A stretch of DNA of 63,568 nt, the filler included, from Choristocarpus tenellus KU-1152 (Eukaryota; Protista; Phaeophyceae): NCBI GenBank assembly GCA_964200185.2. It is 11 parts of 11 records of this genome, joined end to end, with 100 filler letters (N's around TTAATTAATTAA, not from the genome) between each part and the next. Parts side by side here need not be neighbours in the genome. Positions count along the whole stretch, not along the records: positions 11,764 to 15,162 come from CAXNAD020020297.1; positions 15,263 to 17,989 come from CAXNAD020025265.1; positions 18,090 to 25,945 come from CAXNAD020005488.1; positions 26,046 to 28,719 come from CAXNAD020025750.1; 7 more parts are not named here. One strand, written 5' to 3'. This document shows, piece after piece, positions 13,770 to 27,290 of the stretch; the first letter of the stretch is position 1, and every line of letters starts with the position of its first letter. The translations under genes were made by a program, and so were the position numbers. Under the pieces are notes generated by a model. It saw only the letters and a program-made list of their open reading frames with translations, did not search any database and was not told where the DNA came from.

Positions 13770-14410
13770 TTGTAAAATGCGTGCTGGTGTTCGAGTCTTG
13801 GTAGAAGCAAATAATGATTCGTGTACAAAGAATTGTTAAAGTGGAAGATAATTCCGGAGCCAAAATAACGAAATCCATTAAAGCAATCAAACATTGAGAG
13901 TACCACTGGATCACTGACAATTTCACCCTCCTACAATATTAGGTAGATATAACGCGAGGGGATGGGACAATTTTCAAAGAAGAGCAGATAAGGGGAAGCT
14001 CCACTGGAATGGATTAGATTGCGAGTCCAAACGTTGAGGTAGAGAAAGATATCAGTGGTGCAAAATAGATACCTTTTCTCACAAGAAGAGCTTAACACTG
14101 GCGAGCCATCATCACTGAGGAATTCCGAAACGAGACTCCTCTCGCATAACCTTTTAAGGCTCCTAATCATTTGCGGTATACTTGGCAATACATACCCCAA
14201 ACACTAGGTAGGTGCTCAATGAACAGGCCAAAATAGGCAAGTGATCCATGATGTTGTGGAAAGGCTTACAGGTAGGCCCCCTGTGCCCAATGTCTGTGAT
14301 GAAATAGGTAGTAGTCGAATCGCTTTGTTGTGGAAGCATTGAAGCACCATATATGCTCCATCCAGTCATAAATGGCCCAGTAATACTTCGAGTAGTAGTA
14401 ATAGTCAATT
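13770..14410 (-). pseudogene. Degenerate non-LTR (LINE) reverse transcriptase remnant
   Basis: Motif echoes in order: GHRGPTCKPFHNIMDHL (QGxPLSPxLFN), YTAND (YADD), FLYLNVW (FKYLGV). Multiple stops and frameshifts. Confidence 0.4.
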
Positions 14411-15091
14411 AACGATCATCACTTTTCATTCTGTTTTTCCTGAAGGTAGGTGGTGAGATTGACGGCACTAGAACATTACGTTGCAGTGAGTGGTGATACA
14501 CCCTTCATCTTGGGTTATATAACAAGAGGAAAAGAAGGTAGCATGAGCAAGAGAGGTGGACAGTTTTGGGGTAGTAGGAGTGTAGGAAGTACTGTAAGTT
14601 ACACTGCCACTACTACTGCAGTGGCCATTCTCCCGTCTCATATTGTAGAAGAATACATAATAATAAACCCTGAAGAAATTAATATATTGGATTGCAGATT
14701 CGGACCTTGTGGCATATACTCTTCCTTCAAGCTCTGCTCTTGAGAGCCCCAACACCGAAATTGGGGGTCCAAAAGATTGACTAGACTACAGGACAGGTCA
14801 AAACATAAGGATAAAGCTATGAGACTGAGTGAAATGGATGAGCACGGAGCTTCTAACAGGTATTATAATAGTATAGTGTGGTTACAAAGGCTTTTCCATT
14901 CTCCATCGCTCTATGATGGTGTCTTGAACTCCACAGCAGTGCAAGCAAAAAGTGTATACACCCCACCTACTTCGTCTTCCTCTTTGATGCAATGGAAACC
15001 ACGATGATAATCAAAAATAATTAAAAAGATTATCTCATGCATTGTTGTTTTCTAGTTATCCAGAAACCAGGTAAGTTCTGATGTTGCATTT

Positions 15092-15162
15092 GAGCCAAAG
15101 TATTTTAGAGGGTAGAGCTGCGTCCATTTGGGGGGCCAAAGTTCAATGTTGCAATTTTGATG
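15092..15162. mobile_element. MITE family B left end at contig break
   Basis: GAGCCAAAGTATTTTAGAGGGTAGAG...GTCCATTTGGGGG. Confidence 0.75.
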
Positions 15163-15262
15163 NNNNNNNNNNNNNNNNNNNNNNNNNNNNNNNNNNNNNN
15201 NNNNNNTTAATTAATTAANNNNNNNNNNNNNNNNNNNNNNNNNNNNNNNNNNNNNNNNNNNN

Positions 15263-16110
15263 ATGTGTGAGCTGGAGGTAAAAAAATGCAGAAAACTGTT
15301 GCTTTATCTACCACTGAGGCTGAGTATGTGTCGTTGTGTGATTTGGCCAAGGAGGTTATGTTTTTGCAGCAAGTCCAATACTTATTGGAGCCAACTATGC
15401 GCAAGTATTGTGTACGATTGTTTGAAGATAATAGTGGGGCAATCAAGTTGGCTGAGAAGACGGCTTCAGGGGGTAGGACAAAACATATAGATATCAGATA
15501 TCATTATGTTAGAAACTTGGTAAAGAGGGGAGGGCACAGATTGTGTATGTAAACTCCGGTGATCAACATGGAGATTTGTTCACAAAGGCTCTGAGTGGTA
15601 ATGTGTTTGAGTTTCACACTAGAACTATCATGCACTGTGAGTAAGGGGTAGTGTGCAGATTGAGTTCATTGGATTCATGATGTATGGACAGAGCAGGGGA
15701 GTGTGTCAAGATTTAGCTTGTCCATGTGTGGGATTAAGATTTGGAGTGTGCAGGTTGAGTTGAATTCAAGTTGGGTTTTATTGTTTGACTGATTTTATTC
15801 TCACTGCATAGTCAGAACAGGGGAGTGTTTCAAGATTATGCTTAACCATTTGTGAGAATATGATTTGAAGTATAATTATATGTACACACAGATGATAGTG
15901 CGGGACATTCTGGATGTTTAGGGGGGGTATTTGACCAGAAGTAATCGGCGGAGTGTTTCTGACGTGTACTAGAAAACTGTTGAGTCATTTGGTATTCTGA
16001 GTCATTCAATGTAAGCACTGGTGAGCCCTATCTAGTGAAGGTATCTCATTCTCTTCTCAACTGTGATACAAGCTAATAAACAATAATGTGACTGGTTGTG
16101 TGGGACAACA
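15263..16110 (+). mobile_element. Ty1/copia 3' end: RNase H pseudogene, PPT and probable LTR
   Basis: QKTVALSTTEAEYVSL...FEDNSGAIKLA...RTKHIDIRYHYVR, then frameshifted DLFTKAL, stop at about 15643. PPT GAGCAGGGGAGTG precedes TGTCAAG at 15704. AATAAA near 16075 and ...ACAACA end at 16110 (LTR limits tentative). Confidence 0.8.
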
Positions 16111-16449
16111 TATCGTCAAGGACAGCTTAACATCGATCTAGAGAGGCACAACACAATATTATGTAGCTTTGTCTTCAGTTTTACGGCTATAGTGTTGCCC
16201 TTTCAACATTCACGTGTGTTATGTCAAAATATAAAATGTACTCTTGAACAATATGTAGGGCCACGACACTTCGTGATTTCATTTTGTTCTATGGCATAAC
16301 GTATCGGTGGGTATTTGGTTCACAGGATCAGAGATTCACAACATCACGAAAGGAATGACATTGCATATCGCCATACCACAAATGAAAAGGAAATTAAGCA
16401 GGACAGAACGAAGCACTGAGAAACAAACCTGTTTTAAGGTTGTCGATTA

Positions 16450-17989
16450 GTAGTATAGTGCAATATTTACTATTTCATTCTCAACAATGGCAGAGGACAG
16501 CAGCACCAACAGTAGTGTTGAGGAGAGTACAGAGACACTGCTTGTCGCTTCCCCCATGAGCAGTAGCTTTTGACCTCCGCACAAGTGGTCCAGACTGGTA
16601 ATTCAGACAAGTCAATCACCATTTGTTGCAGGAAGTTCTCATTGGTAGTATCTGAGGTCATACAGTGATTGCTCCCTTTATATCTCCAGATGGATTCTTG
16701 AAGTCAAAGATGTGGGTGAAGAACACGACCAGTTTGACAATATACGAGCGGGGCGCATGAGTGGAGGAAGCACCGGTAAATAGTGTAATACCTGATACAC
16801 AACAATTCACTCCTTTGCAAACATGACATGCAGGGCAGAGACCACACGGGCTTCCTTCATTAGGATAATTAATAAGATCAGCACTTCTCCCACCACAAAT
16901 CATCTCAGAGGAAAACATATCATACACACCACAGGACTGTGATTAGAACAAAACGTGAGTAGAAGGTTGTAGAACTCGCCAAATGGTTCCCAAAGAATCC
17001 ATTTCGTGGTAGAACAAGCCAACAACTTGAAAAAACGAATATTTAGGTCAAAAGTTCACTCAAAATTTCCAACCTCATAAAGTCGTTTAACAAAAACGAG
17101 CACGCCCAATACACACACTTCAATCCTTCTGGCTGCAAAGTGATATGTTTCGTTATATGGGGCGTGAGTATGTTTACTGGGTGACAAAGCTCAAGGAGAG
17201 TTTGAGAATGGACACCCCTTTTGAACCACATGAAGTCCACAATATGCTAGGTATGCAACACTTGGCGACATGGAGCATCCAGAAATGTGCTGTAACATTG
17301 CTGCGCTCAAGGGAGACATGCCAGTAGCACAGCTAAGCAAGAAGGGAAACGTCCATCATGCATAGGATAAGTGATGCGAAAACTTGTGCAAAATAGGACA
17401 CCCTTGAATCCTGAAATCTATTATCTTGGCCTATCAGAGATTACCCTTACATGTTACACAGCACATGATTGCGTATATCGTTTTGGCAGTGAAGCACATC
17501 CTCACGGACATTTATACCGCAACAATAGGTGAGTTTATGAAAATCCTACTTGAGAGAGTAAGGGCGGCCCTGTTGAACATCATGTACATCAATGTTGACC
17601 TGTGAAAGTGCAATCCTCTTGCGACAACTGTTCATGGACAGTGCTGCTGATACATTGTAGACACCACTGGTAGAGTAGGCAATAGGATAGGGAGCCAGTA
17701 ATGGACATACTAGCGTACTGTCATACAGCTAGAATATTGTGTATGTGTACTTGATGCATAACATGTATCAGATGTCTTCACTGATTGGTGTCCAGTGATC
17801 AGTGTTCTGTTCTAGATATGCTTGTCATACTGAAGACAAATAAGTAGGTAATTCATAGGTTACTAGTGCGGACAATTGCAATCCCCACACTTGGAATAAT
17901 AGCTGGTGCTACCAGTTGTGAGCCCCAAGAGTATAGTCAGTGGAATTGAAGACCAGAAGCTCGTTGTAACACTAATACGATATATTCAT
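16450..17989 (-). pseudogene. Degenerate Cys-rich transposase-like remnant (possibly KDZ/CxC type)
   Basis: GLCPACHVCKG...SGITLFTGASSTHAP...FLQQMVIDL...TTC echoes the KDZ motif order. Many stops. Confidence 0.22.
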
Positions 17990-18377
17990 NNNNNNNNNNN
18001 NNNNNNNNNNNNNNNNNNNNNNNNNNNNNNNNNTTAATTAATTAANNNNNNNNNNNNNNNNNNNNNNNNNNNNNNNNNNNNNNNNNNNNGCCCAAAACTT
18101 TCCACCACAAAGGTGTTGAGGTTATAACTACGAGGATCAAAGGAGCCCTCGTAGTGGGTCACCTCCAAGTATTGATTTGTGGCGATATGATTCTTGAATT
18201 GACTTCATTGTCAATATTTTTTCTCTCAATACATACATCCCATCCATGTCTCGTAAGTTTCTGGCGTTAAGTTGTACCTGATGGAGATGACCTCCAATTA
18301 CACAATAAATTAATGTGTTGGATTCCTTAGAATATTCTACATGGAATCAGTTTTCTCGCCTTTACTCAACACCATCA

Positions 18378-18599
18378 GAGTCAAAGCATTTAAGAGGCTA
18401 GGGCTACTACATCTGTTTGGGGTCAAAAATCTAATAATGTTGCGATTTTCATGTATTTTTGATTATCGTATTTGTAAGGAAGTTTCGATATCCTTGTTGC
18501 GGACAAACCTTTCATAGTCGTACACAATTTAGGTGACTGTGTTCACACAGAAAACGAACAAACAGGGCAAAACTCGTAACCTCTAAAATGCTCTGGGTC
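18378..18599. mobile_element. MITE family B, diverged
   Basis: GAGTCAAAGCATTTAAGAGGCTAG...CTCGTAACCTCTAAAATGCTCTG with the family-B core. Confidence 0.75.
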
Positions 18600-19910
18600 T
18601 CGATCCGCCAATCCATTGCCACATTGTAGGCGACTTGGTCTGCTTTGACCACTCTAGCCAATCTGCCCCCCTGCTGCCTTTCTTTGGCCCCATGTGTTCT
18701 ACCTCAAAATTGCTCCCGCCCAGCGCTCGTAACAGCTGATTGTACCTCCTAAACAGATTCCGCCACACCCTCTTGAATTTGTCTGCTTCGTACACATGAA
18801 ACATGCTCTTAACCTCCTCTACCAGGTCATCAACGGTGCCATAAAGCTTCACCCAGAGATCCTGCTCTTCAGGGATGCGAAAAAACTGAAATTGTTGATG
18901 TTGGGATCCGAAGACTATGCTGACTGCATCACGAGCTTAATTTTTCATCCATCCTCCCTGCCTGTGGCATTCAGCTTCTGCACCATGCCTTTGCCCATGT
19001 GCGGGATCGCACCATCCTGCTGTACGACCCCCCTCCCCCAATTCCAGTCACAGTAATTTTTCCTTCATCGGTGGCAATAGCTGCTCCATGTGCTGGCACC
19101 ACTCAGCATCAGCGGTGATGTTGACCTCATACTCCTCGCCCTTTGTGCTCCGCTCAGTAGTCCATTGTGCCTTCTTTATAACGCAGACCCACAAGATCCC
19201 AATCTTGCCGTCGAAGTCGCGGGAAGGATCCAGGCACAAAGCGGTGGTGATGAACATCACTTGTGCTGCGCCTTTGTTGATCCAACCTTTTCCTCTCCCG
19301 AGAACATGCACACCTTCTCTCCATCGCAGACGAGGTAGAACCATGTCTTGTCGATATGAATCGTGTTGAACCCACTCCTGTACACCTTGCTGTTTCGGGA
19401 GCGATCTGCTCAAGGATGAAGTCCACCTAGTCCTTGCGAGAAGAGGAAAGGATAGGGGTGATGCGCTGCTGAAACCTTGTTGATCCCATGGCATGGAGTC
19501 AATGCTGAAGCTTTAAGCTGCTGACTGTATGTCCCACTTCGACAAGGTTGGCAGGAAGTTTGTTTAGAGTCAGTGAGCAATTACGGGTGTTGATTTGCCT
19601 GACACTCGCTTGTTTCATTGGCGTAAAGCCCAACAGTCAGCCAGATCGTGCTCATGATTTCAAAGAGATGGTGTTCCTAATCTCTAGCTGTTCTTTCACA
19701 TGTACCCACAACCGTCTAGGGTATCTCTCTCCCACTCCAAATTCTTCAGCCATTTTAGACCCCATTGGGAGCCTCTCATATCCCAAAGGAAGAGCCAATG
19801 TGTAATGCAGAACAAGTGCAGTCCGAGTTTCCTTGGTCTGGTCGCAGTTCTTTCCACGAGCTGGTGGACTTCGTGCCAGGGAAAATGAGCTCTGGGGGCT
19901 CACCATGGGG
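18600..19910 (-). pseudogene. Tc1/mariner transposase pseudogene related to the DD39D (plant-type mariner) group
   Basis: Across frameshifts: HTH (MAEEFGVGERYPRRLW), TIHIDKTWFYL, VMFITTA, DGKIGI, VVQQDGAIPH, QSA*SSDPNINNFSFFASL (for QPPNSPDLNVLDLGFF), TVDDLVEEV...GGSNFEVEHM. 40 residues lie between the second D and the third catalytic position, which is N here. Confidence 0.8.
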
Positions 19911-21099
19911 TTCCACGCATGCTGTGAGTAGACAAGAGAGATTATATATGATGCCCTCATTTTCTGTTGTAACGCAGCCTTGTTGAGAATGGTTGTTGAA
20001 AGTATAGATACGAGGTCCAAACCTTCTTCTTGGCTATGGTGGTAGTTAATGTATTACATAGGGAGACCCATACTTGTTTTCAGAGTTTCATTAGCAAAAC
20101 ATTGAACACCTTGAATTTGGCAGCACAGGAAAGGAGCAGTAAAACGGCTTCATAAAGAAAATAAAGAATTAACATTAAGGCTTCAAGCCAACAGCGGACG
20201 GTTTAAGACATGTTGAAGGGCATGGAAGGGTATTTTTCTACAGGTATTAATGATTTAATATGATATCTTCAACCATCAATCCCTTCATAATGGATGGAAC
20301 CTGTCCATGTCTTCAACTAACTTGCTTACCTAACATCGCTGTCTGCAGTGGGGTGTAGGAGTTGGTGTGACATTTTATTTTCCAATTACTGGTGGTGAAG
20401 ATTGTGCGCTCTTTTTCTTTGGCAGGGCACTCCACTCGCTGCAAATCGAAAACGTTTTAAGCACACCTATTGCGATCACCAGAAATTGTATGATCTTCGA
20501 CCCAATTGCACAGTCCATACATTATCGTTGTACTACGTTTGTAAGGGCATTACTGCAGTAATAATGATGTACTACTAATTTTACTGCTGCTACAACAGCT
20601 ACAGTAAAAACTGTTGGCTATGGCACTTGACCCTTCAAAACGGTTTGCAATGATTAGCGAATTTATTGGAACTGGGGAGGGAAACGTTTGGTGGAGAGTA
20701 CAGAAGCACTCACTTATCTGTCTCGAGAGTTCTCAATACGCGTTTCCTCTTTGCCCAACAGGTGTCGTTGTGAATGACCATGCTATGTATGCCCATGTGG
20801 TGTTTGTGTTGTTGATATATTCTGTGCACAGGGAGATTCACCAAACCTCACTTCCGAGGTGAGAGGTCATCCCTAACTGACTATCTTGCCAACATCGAAA
20901 TAGACCTCAAGTATTAGCCTATCACCATGTTGAGTTATGCATAGCTCCGTGAAAGTGTTAAAAACAGAAGGAAACTTAGACTAATCCGGTCACTAGGGGA
21001 AATAGAGAAGTACGACTGAGCTTTCTTCTAGGACAAATAGATGTTACTCTGAGTAAATACTACATGAATTCATCTTCCTACCTCTGAGTACGTACGTTA

Positions 21100-22760
21100 A
21101 ATTGAGACATCCCCTTTCCTATTTACGTACACGTTTCACGCAACAATGGGGGTCTGGAATGCCATGGAGGGCGTTTTCATGTATCCTATGCAAGAATTCC
21201 ACCCTACCCACGCCATAACACTGCTACTCAATGTTTTCAATATCTTGACATCATCAACTTGACCAAATCCTTTTTTTTTTTGCTGCCTTCGGTTATGGAT
21301 CAGAACAAAATGTATCAGTTCAATATGCAACAGCATTCTGAATGGTGTGCTGGTAATCAAATCAGGGATCTGTAGTTCGATTTCTTCATGCATGCCACCA
21401 GCTGCTCACTTGCCATATCTCTTCATTTTTTAGATATCACGATTGAATGTTATTAGGAACTTCATTAGAATCTGATGGAAGCGGTAAAATCGGGAAGACC
21501 CTCTTCATCAACGCCTTCTTTGGTCAAATGTTCGAAACGTACCGAGCTTGAATAGGAGAGTTTCTCGATAGATACTTGAATGCCCTCACTAGCCAGTGGA
21601 TTCCTTTGCCCGTGGCACTCCACTCAACTCGAGCTTTTGACCAACATGCTGACCAATAGATATCATCCTGGAATTTGCAGCAGGTTGTACCATGCTCGGA
21701 CATCAGCGAAGCCCAACTATGAAATAATATTGGCAAGGCACACTTGAGAGGGACCTGTTGACAAGGCACCTACTACGTACTAACTGTGCAAATACCAGGG
21801 GGTACTGAAATAGTGCCTTCAGACAGTGGGTTCATGATGCAAGCAAGGAACGCTGATGTTCCACCTCAGTGTAGTATAAAACACGTAATTTCCTTCCGTA
21901 CCAATTTCTTCAAGATCCTTTCACAAGTAAGAAGTTTGTATCGAGCAATCAGGGATTTAAGAGCTGCAATTCGCTTGCCAATAATGATACACTACTTCAG
22001 AGTACTTCATAGTATATTGCGTGAGGTCTGAAGTTATCGCATGAGAGTCGCTGTTCTCTAAAGTCAACAAGGAGATTACAACGAGTTCCTGCTGGAAGTG
22101 TCAGGCTCGTCAATTCCAAGTGCCTATTCAATCTAGAGGTTTTACCAGTGTTGTGCATTGAAAGAGTTTGCAAGTATACCAAACCCATTGTGCTTGAATT
22201 GTAACACGAACAGAACTCAGCATTTGAGGCTCACAAAGCTCAGATCACCTCGAGAACGTTCAACCACAACAAATAGTTCGGTGATTCTTGGAAGCGGGGA
22301 GTGACAAAAGCAGCACAACAGAACATATAATATAAAGCTAGATGTAGGATAAGAGAAGGACAAAAAGCAGAGAAGAAGATGCAGAAAAAATAGAGAAGAA
22401 TGTAGAGAGGAGATTGATAGAAAAATGCGAAATAATGTACTAATAACACATATATTTCAACTCTGACTTTCATATTGAAGACCAGATTAAAATTCAAAGT
22501 TGAATTGTACGCCATTTCATGCTTTGAAGTGAAACAAATTGGCGTTTTATGATGCTACAGTTTCTTCCTAGTGAGGAACCTGGGCAAAAAAATTCAGCTG
22601 GCATGGTGTCGCAGTGTGTGTGCACCCATTCTCTGGCATTTTCGAGCATGTTGGAGAAATGTGCTCGTCTACCATAATTGCTATCACAATGTTTGTGTTT
22701 GAATGCGTGCAGTGCATTACCTCCACCTTTGGTATCACACACTGTTGGTTGTAACAACAC
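21100..22760 (-). pseudogene. Degenerate DNA-transposon-like coding remnant (possibly KDZ/CxC type)
   Basis: Chain of broken minus-strand ORFs with Cys/His clusters (CIMNP...PPGICTV, FVLIHNRR, AREWVHTHCDTMP). Family not securely recognised. Confidence 0.25.
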
Positions 22761-22970
22761 ACTAGTACAAAAAATGTTGTGTAGTAGAATGATAACAACA
22801 ATAGCAACAGCAGCACCAACAACCATGGTAATGATATGATTATCATTGTGAAAGATAATCATTATCTTCACTGTGAGATCAATTGCTTAATAGATGAACC
22901 AAGTCAATAACACTGAAAGTACTACTATTTAACAACTAGAGTGAGTACAATGACGATGGCAACAACAGGG

Positions 22971-23444
22971 TATCCATAGTATCCAAGAGGGGATCGATTT
23001 AAGCCCCTTTGAGTGAAAGGAGGAAATGTAATCTTCCACCTGACCCTCATTCCCCTGCTCGAAATGCAACTAGCCCACATCAGGAGGCTGTGGATATAGA
23101 AGAAGAGAGTATCATTCGTTTAGGCAATTGCCAGACCTCCCGCAAGAGTGCTAGGAGTACATGTACCAGAAGGCAGTCACATGGGACCCATTTACTCAAT
23201 GGCACTCTTTCAAAGATACTGCGGTTCATCTCTGACTACTCTCTGGTACACGTGCTCCTCACACATCGGAGGGCGATATCAGGCTTGCATGGACAAATAT
23301 TTGTGTCCTCTTCTTACAGGCACAACCTCCTTGTGTTTAAACTGCGTTTCGGGCAAGGAAACATGGGCGTCAGGCAATAGAATTTTGTAAGCCTATTATT
23401 TCCAAAAAGACCTAAATCGATCCCCCTGAAGGATGCTATGGCTC
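22971..23444. mobile_element. Related TIR element, family D
   Basis: About 30-bp imperfect TIR CCATAGTATCCAAGAGGGGATCGATTTA / TAAATCGATCCCCCTGAAGGATGCTATGG. The right end is re-duplicated at about 23537-23630. No clear TSD. Confidence 0.6.
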
Positions 23445-23893
23445 AGAACACGGCACGTTGCTGTAGAAAATAAATGAAAACATGATTATGGGGTTGACTG
23501 CATTTCGGGAAAGGGAATAGAGGTGTCAGGCAAAAGAGTTTTATTAGCCTATTACTTACCAAAAAAGGTCTAAAACGGCCCCCCTGAAGGGTAAAATGGC
23601 TCAGAACATGGCATAATGCTGTAGAATAGATATGATTATATGATGATGACAAGATGATGTCATCGCTGTTATTGTGGTGGTATGAAATGATAGGCAAGAG
23701 GACTACCACTATCGCAAACAATCGATGTTTTCTGTACATATTACAAGTACGTGTGATAGTAGTGAGCCAAAGTAAACAAGAGGTACCCAGGTTTGGCTGA
23801 TTTGCATTTTTGGTCTATTTTCAATCTTTTCCGACTCACCTATATATTTTTTAATGTAATGAAGTTCTAAGATTAACTTGAGAATTTATATTT

Positions 23894-24143
23894 GAGCCAA
23901 AGTATCTTAGAGGGTAGAGCCGTGTCCGTTCAGAGGTCAAAATCCAATGTTGCGATTTGATGCAATTTTGGCCATCGTGATTATTAGGAAGTGTCAATAT
24001 CCTTGTTCCGGACACGCCTTTTCATAACATACACACTTTACCTATTCCGAAATGTTTCGGAGTAGGAAAATGACATAAAAACCCGTGGGAGCCAAGCCCC
24101 AAATGGACAAACTGGGCAAAAACCGTACCCTCTACTTCCACTC
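23894..24143. mobile_element. MITE family B, TSD ATTT
   Basis: attt|GAGCCAAAGTATCTTAGAGGGTA...TACCCTCTACTTCCACTC|attt, with a small deletion in the right TIR. Confidence 0.9.
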
Positions 24144-24707
24144 ATTTCTCTGTTGTTTGAACATTTTCCGACACAATTCAGGAAGTATCCTATACACATT
24201 TGACTTTCTACACGAATTTGTCAGCATATTTAACATGCAACTCTGGGTACCTCTCACTTCCTTTGACTCAATGGTATAATATACTACACTACGTATGTGG
24301 CATGTTGTCATTAGCTCTCACTGGTGTATGCAACATTCTCTCACTGAAATTCTGGACATGGGTCACACAGACATGTTTATTCTACCTTGTAATCCCTCTT
24401 TCCTTCGACCCTCTGCTTGACATTCTTGATCAGAAGGATATCTGCAGCAAGTGTTGTCCAATGCTTTGTGTGTGCCATGCTTCATCCCAATCCCCAGATA
24501 TTGACCCTACCAATATGAAAGTCTTGTAGTCCGGTGAAATTTTCCAGGGGGGGCCTAATGTGATATCCAAACTCACACACATGTCTTGCCATCTCTCTGT
24601 CTGAACCTTTATTGTGCTAATGTGGAGAGGTGAGTGAACCTTGCATTTTTCATTTCGAGGCATAACGTGTGGTATGTGCCACTTGAAAGATGTGCGTAAG
24701 GAGACGG

Positions 24708-24966
24708 GAGTGAAAGTATCTTAGAGGGTACGAGTCTTGCCCTGTTTTTCCATCTGGGGCTTGATTCCACGGGTTTTTCATGACATTTTACCTAATCCGA
24801 TATGGTTTGGAGTAGGTAATATGAATACATTATGAAAACGTGTGTCTGGAACAAGGATATTGACACCTCCTAACAAATACGACACAGCCAAAATCACATG
24901 AAAATATCAAAATTTGATTTTGGTCCCCAAATGGACGCGACTCTACCCTCAAAGATACCTTGACTC
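24708..24966. mobile_element. MITE family B (reverse orientation), TSD ACGG
   Basis: acgg|GAGTGAAAGTATCTTAGAGGGTA...TACCCTCAAAGATACCTTGACTC|acgg. Confidence 0.9.
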
Positions 24967-24984
24967 ACGGGACACAGTAGCAGT

Positions 24985-25225
24985 GAGTCAAGCCAACAAA
25001 GAGGTGTGCAGGTTTTCATTTCACGAATCCCAAGAAAGGGCGATATGGTGTCATTTATACAATTGGAGAGAGAGCTTTTGCTGTGAATTGTGGTGTCGCG
25101 CGTGTATGTAATGGGGTAATATAAATTATAAAGCACACTAATGAGTACATAAAGCAATGAAATAGAGTATATTGCACAGGGTAAGAAAGATGACTTGGAA
25201 TGCAAAAGGGTCCAAACCTGCCTAC
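24985..25225 (+). repeat. Dispersed repeat of about 220 bp, second copy at about 38765-38977
   Basis: Shared AATAGAGTRTATTG.ACAGGG.AAGAAA...GAATGCA.AAGGGTCCAAACCTGC..ACCTCTCAATTG..T.GGCTCA on two different contigs. Confidence 0.75.
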
Positions 25226-25755
25226 CTCTCAATTGGCTTGGCTCAGCAACGATGATAGGGAATGGAAGGAACGGTACTGGCATTGGCTCAACCGAATTCT
25301 TCTCGAGACAACAATCTGCAGATAGGTAAGAGCACCACTATTACTACCACTACTAATATGTCCACAACTACTACTACCATCACTATCACAATGACAACCA
25401 CTGTTGTTAATGCGTACGCATTCCTCCTTGCAAATTATTGTTAATGGGCACGCATCCCTCCTTGCAGATTATTGCCACTTCACGGCATATCACACCAGTA
25501 CGATGGCACCGCCATCAGGCACTTTTGGGCGATGAGGGCAGGAGTTGGAGATGACATGACTAAGCCCTAAGTGGAGCTTGTCCACATAGTTCAGGTGATA
25601 GACTGCTCACATTACGTCACGAGAATATCAGGTCTCGAATCACGTACGAGGCCATATTTTTCTTTCCAGGAAATTTGACTTCGATGGACCAAGTAAGAAG
25701 TACGTTGGAGAGGTACACATATATATACTCTAACATCTTGCGCTAAACTACAACA

Positions 25756-25945
25756 GACTCAAGGTATCTGGGGGGGGGGTGGCAGCTGTCCATTTGGGGT
25801 CATTTTTTTCATGTCGCCATTTTTGGGTGATTTGATTCCACACGTCGGATGGATAATGAAAGTGTGCTTTTCCTGGTTATGGCCCAAATGAACACCCTCG
25901 TGTATACACGCCCACCGTACAGCCCGTCCCCCCCTCGCGCGACCG
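25756..25945. mobile_element. MITE family A at contig end
   Basis: GACTCAAGGTATCTGGGG plus family-A internal sequence. Other partial copies or ends: 2715-2739, 4259-about 4385, 7246-7261, 11764-11838, 44680-44698, 58398-58418. Confidence 0.8.
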
Positions 25946-27290
25946 NNNNNNNNNNNNNNNNNNNNNNNNNNNNNNNNNNNNNNNNNNNNTTAATTAATTA
26001 ANNNNNNNNNNNNNNNNNNNNNNNNNNNNNNNNNNNNNNNNNNNNGGGGGGGGGGGGGGTTGTGTGTAGAATCTGTTTTTGTGTTTAAGCGGCGTTCTTA
26101 TCAAGTAATCAAGAATAACAATGGATTATTGGTGTTGTGTGTGTGTATATATACAGTTTTATGTATAGCAGATTGGTGTTTGTACACAGTATAGAGAGTC
26201 GACTCTGAATAGGTAATGTGTAGATAGTTTTTGTATTGTATAGATTGGCGTTTCTATAGGTAATGTTTGTACACAGTATAGAGAGTGGACTCTGAATATG
26301 TAATGTGTAGATAGGCGTTTCTTCTGGTTTGGGATGAAGAGAAGTCGCATCCGCAGGGAAAAGTATACATCTTTATTTTATTTATAATATTAGTAAATAG
26401 TGTTCTGTTTATAATAAGAGTGTACATGTGTGTGTAAAAGGTCTTTGTTGAAAAAAACATCCACACACACACACACGACGAAGGGGATGATAATGTTTAT
26501 ATAGTGTGTGGTAAGGTGTTCATTTGTACTGAGGCGTGTTGGGGTTAGGGTTAGGGTTAGGGTATCAAGGTTGTGTCCTGGTCTGTATTCTGCGATGGGA
26601 TTTGGTTGTATTGTATCTCCTTGAGCAGGCGGTGGTCATGAAAAAAAAATGGGAGTTTTGTAGATTGAGGAGGCATTTTGCTTGTTTAGGGTGGTGCTGG
26701 TATATGATGATTGGGTAGTGGGATGTGAAGTCAATGTATTTATGTTTTATTTATTTTGAGCAATGTCGTGTACTGTATGTGTGTGTGCTGGGGGGAGGTG
26801 GGGTGGGGTTGTTCTTAGATCAACGGAAAATGTCTAGGGTAATTTTTATTCATTTTGATGTGTAAAAAAAATTAAGAATCCAATATATAATAAAATGATA
26901 TCAAATTTCTTGTTTCAGATCAAATATTTGATTGATAGTTGTGTTGGTGATTGGTTTTTGATTTAATGTTTTTTTTTAGTAGAATATAAATTTAAAATTA
27001 GCAGAAATAATCTTGTTTTGATATTGAGAAGTGTTATTTGATTTTTTTTAAGTATTTAGTATGAAGTGAACAGGTGTATATTTATTTTATTTGAGATAAG
27101 TCCTTTTGCAGTACTTTTAAACTATCGTTGAAGAACAATAATATTAATAAATGCAAATGATTGTTATTGTTCTAAGGGATTTGGGAGAGCTGTGAAGTAA
27201 GAAGTGGGCTCCATTTTTGTTCAGACCTTTTTATCCATTTTACTACTAATAATAAATAATTGTTATTAATGTTGTTAATATTGTTATTAG

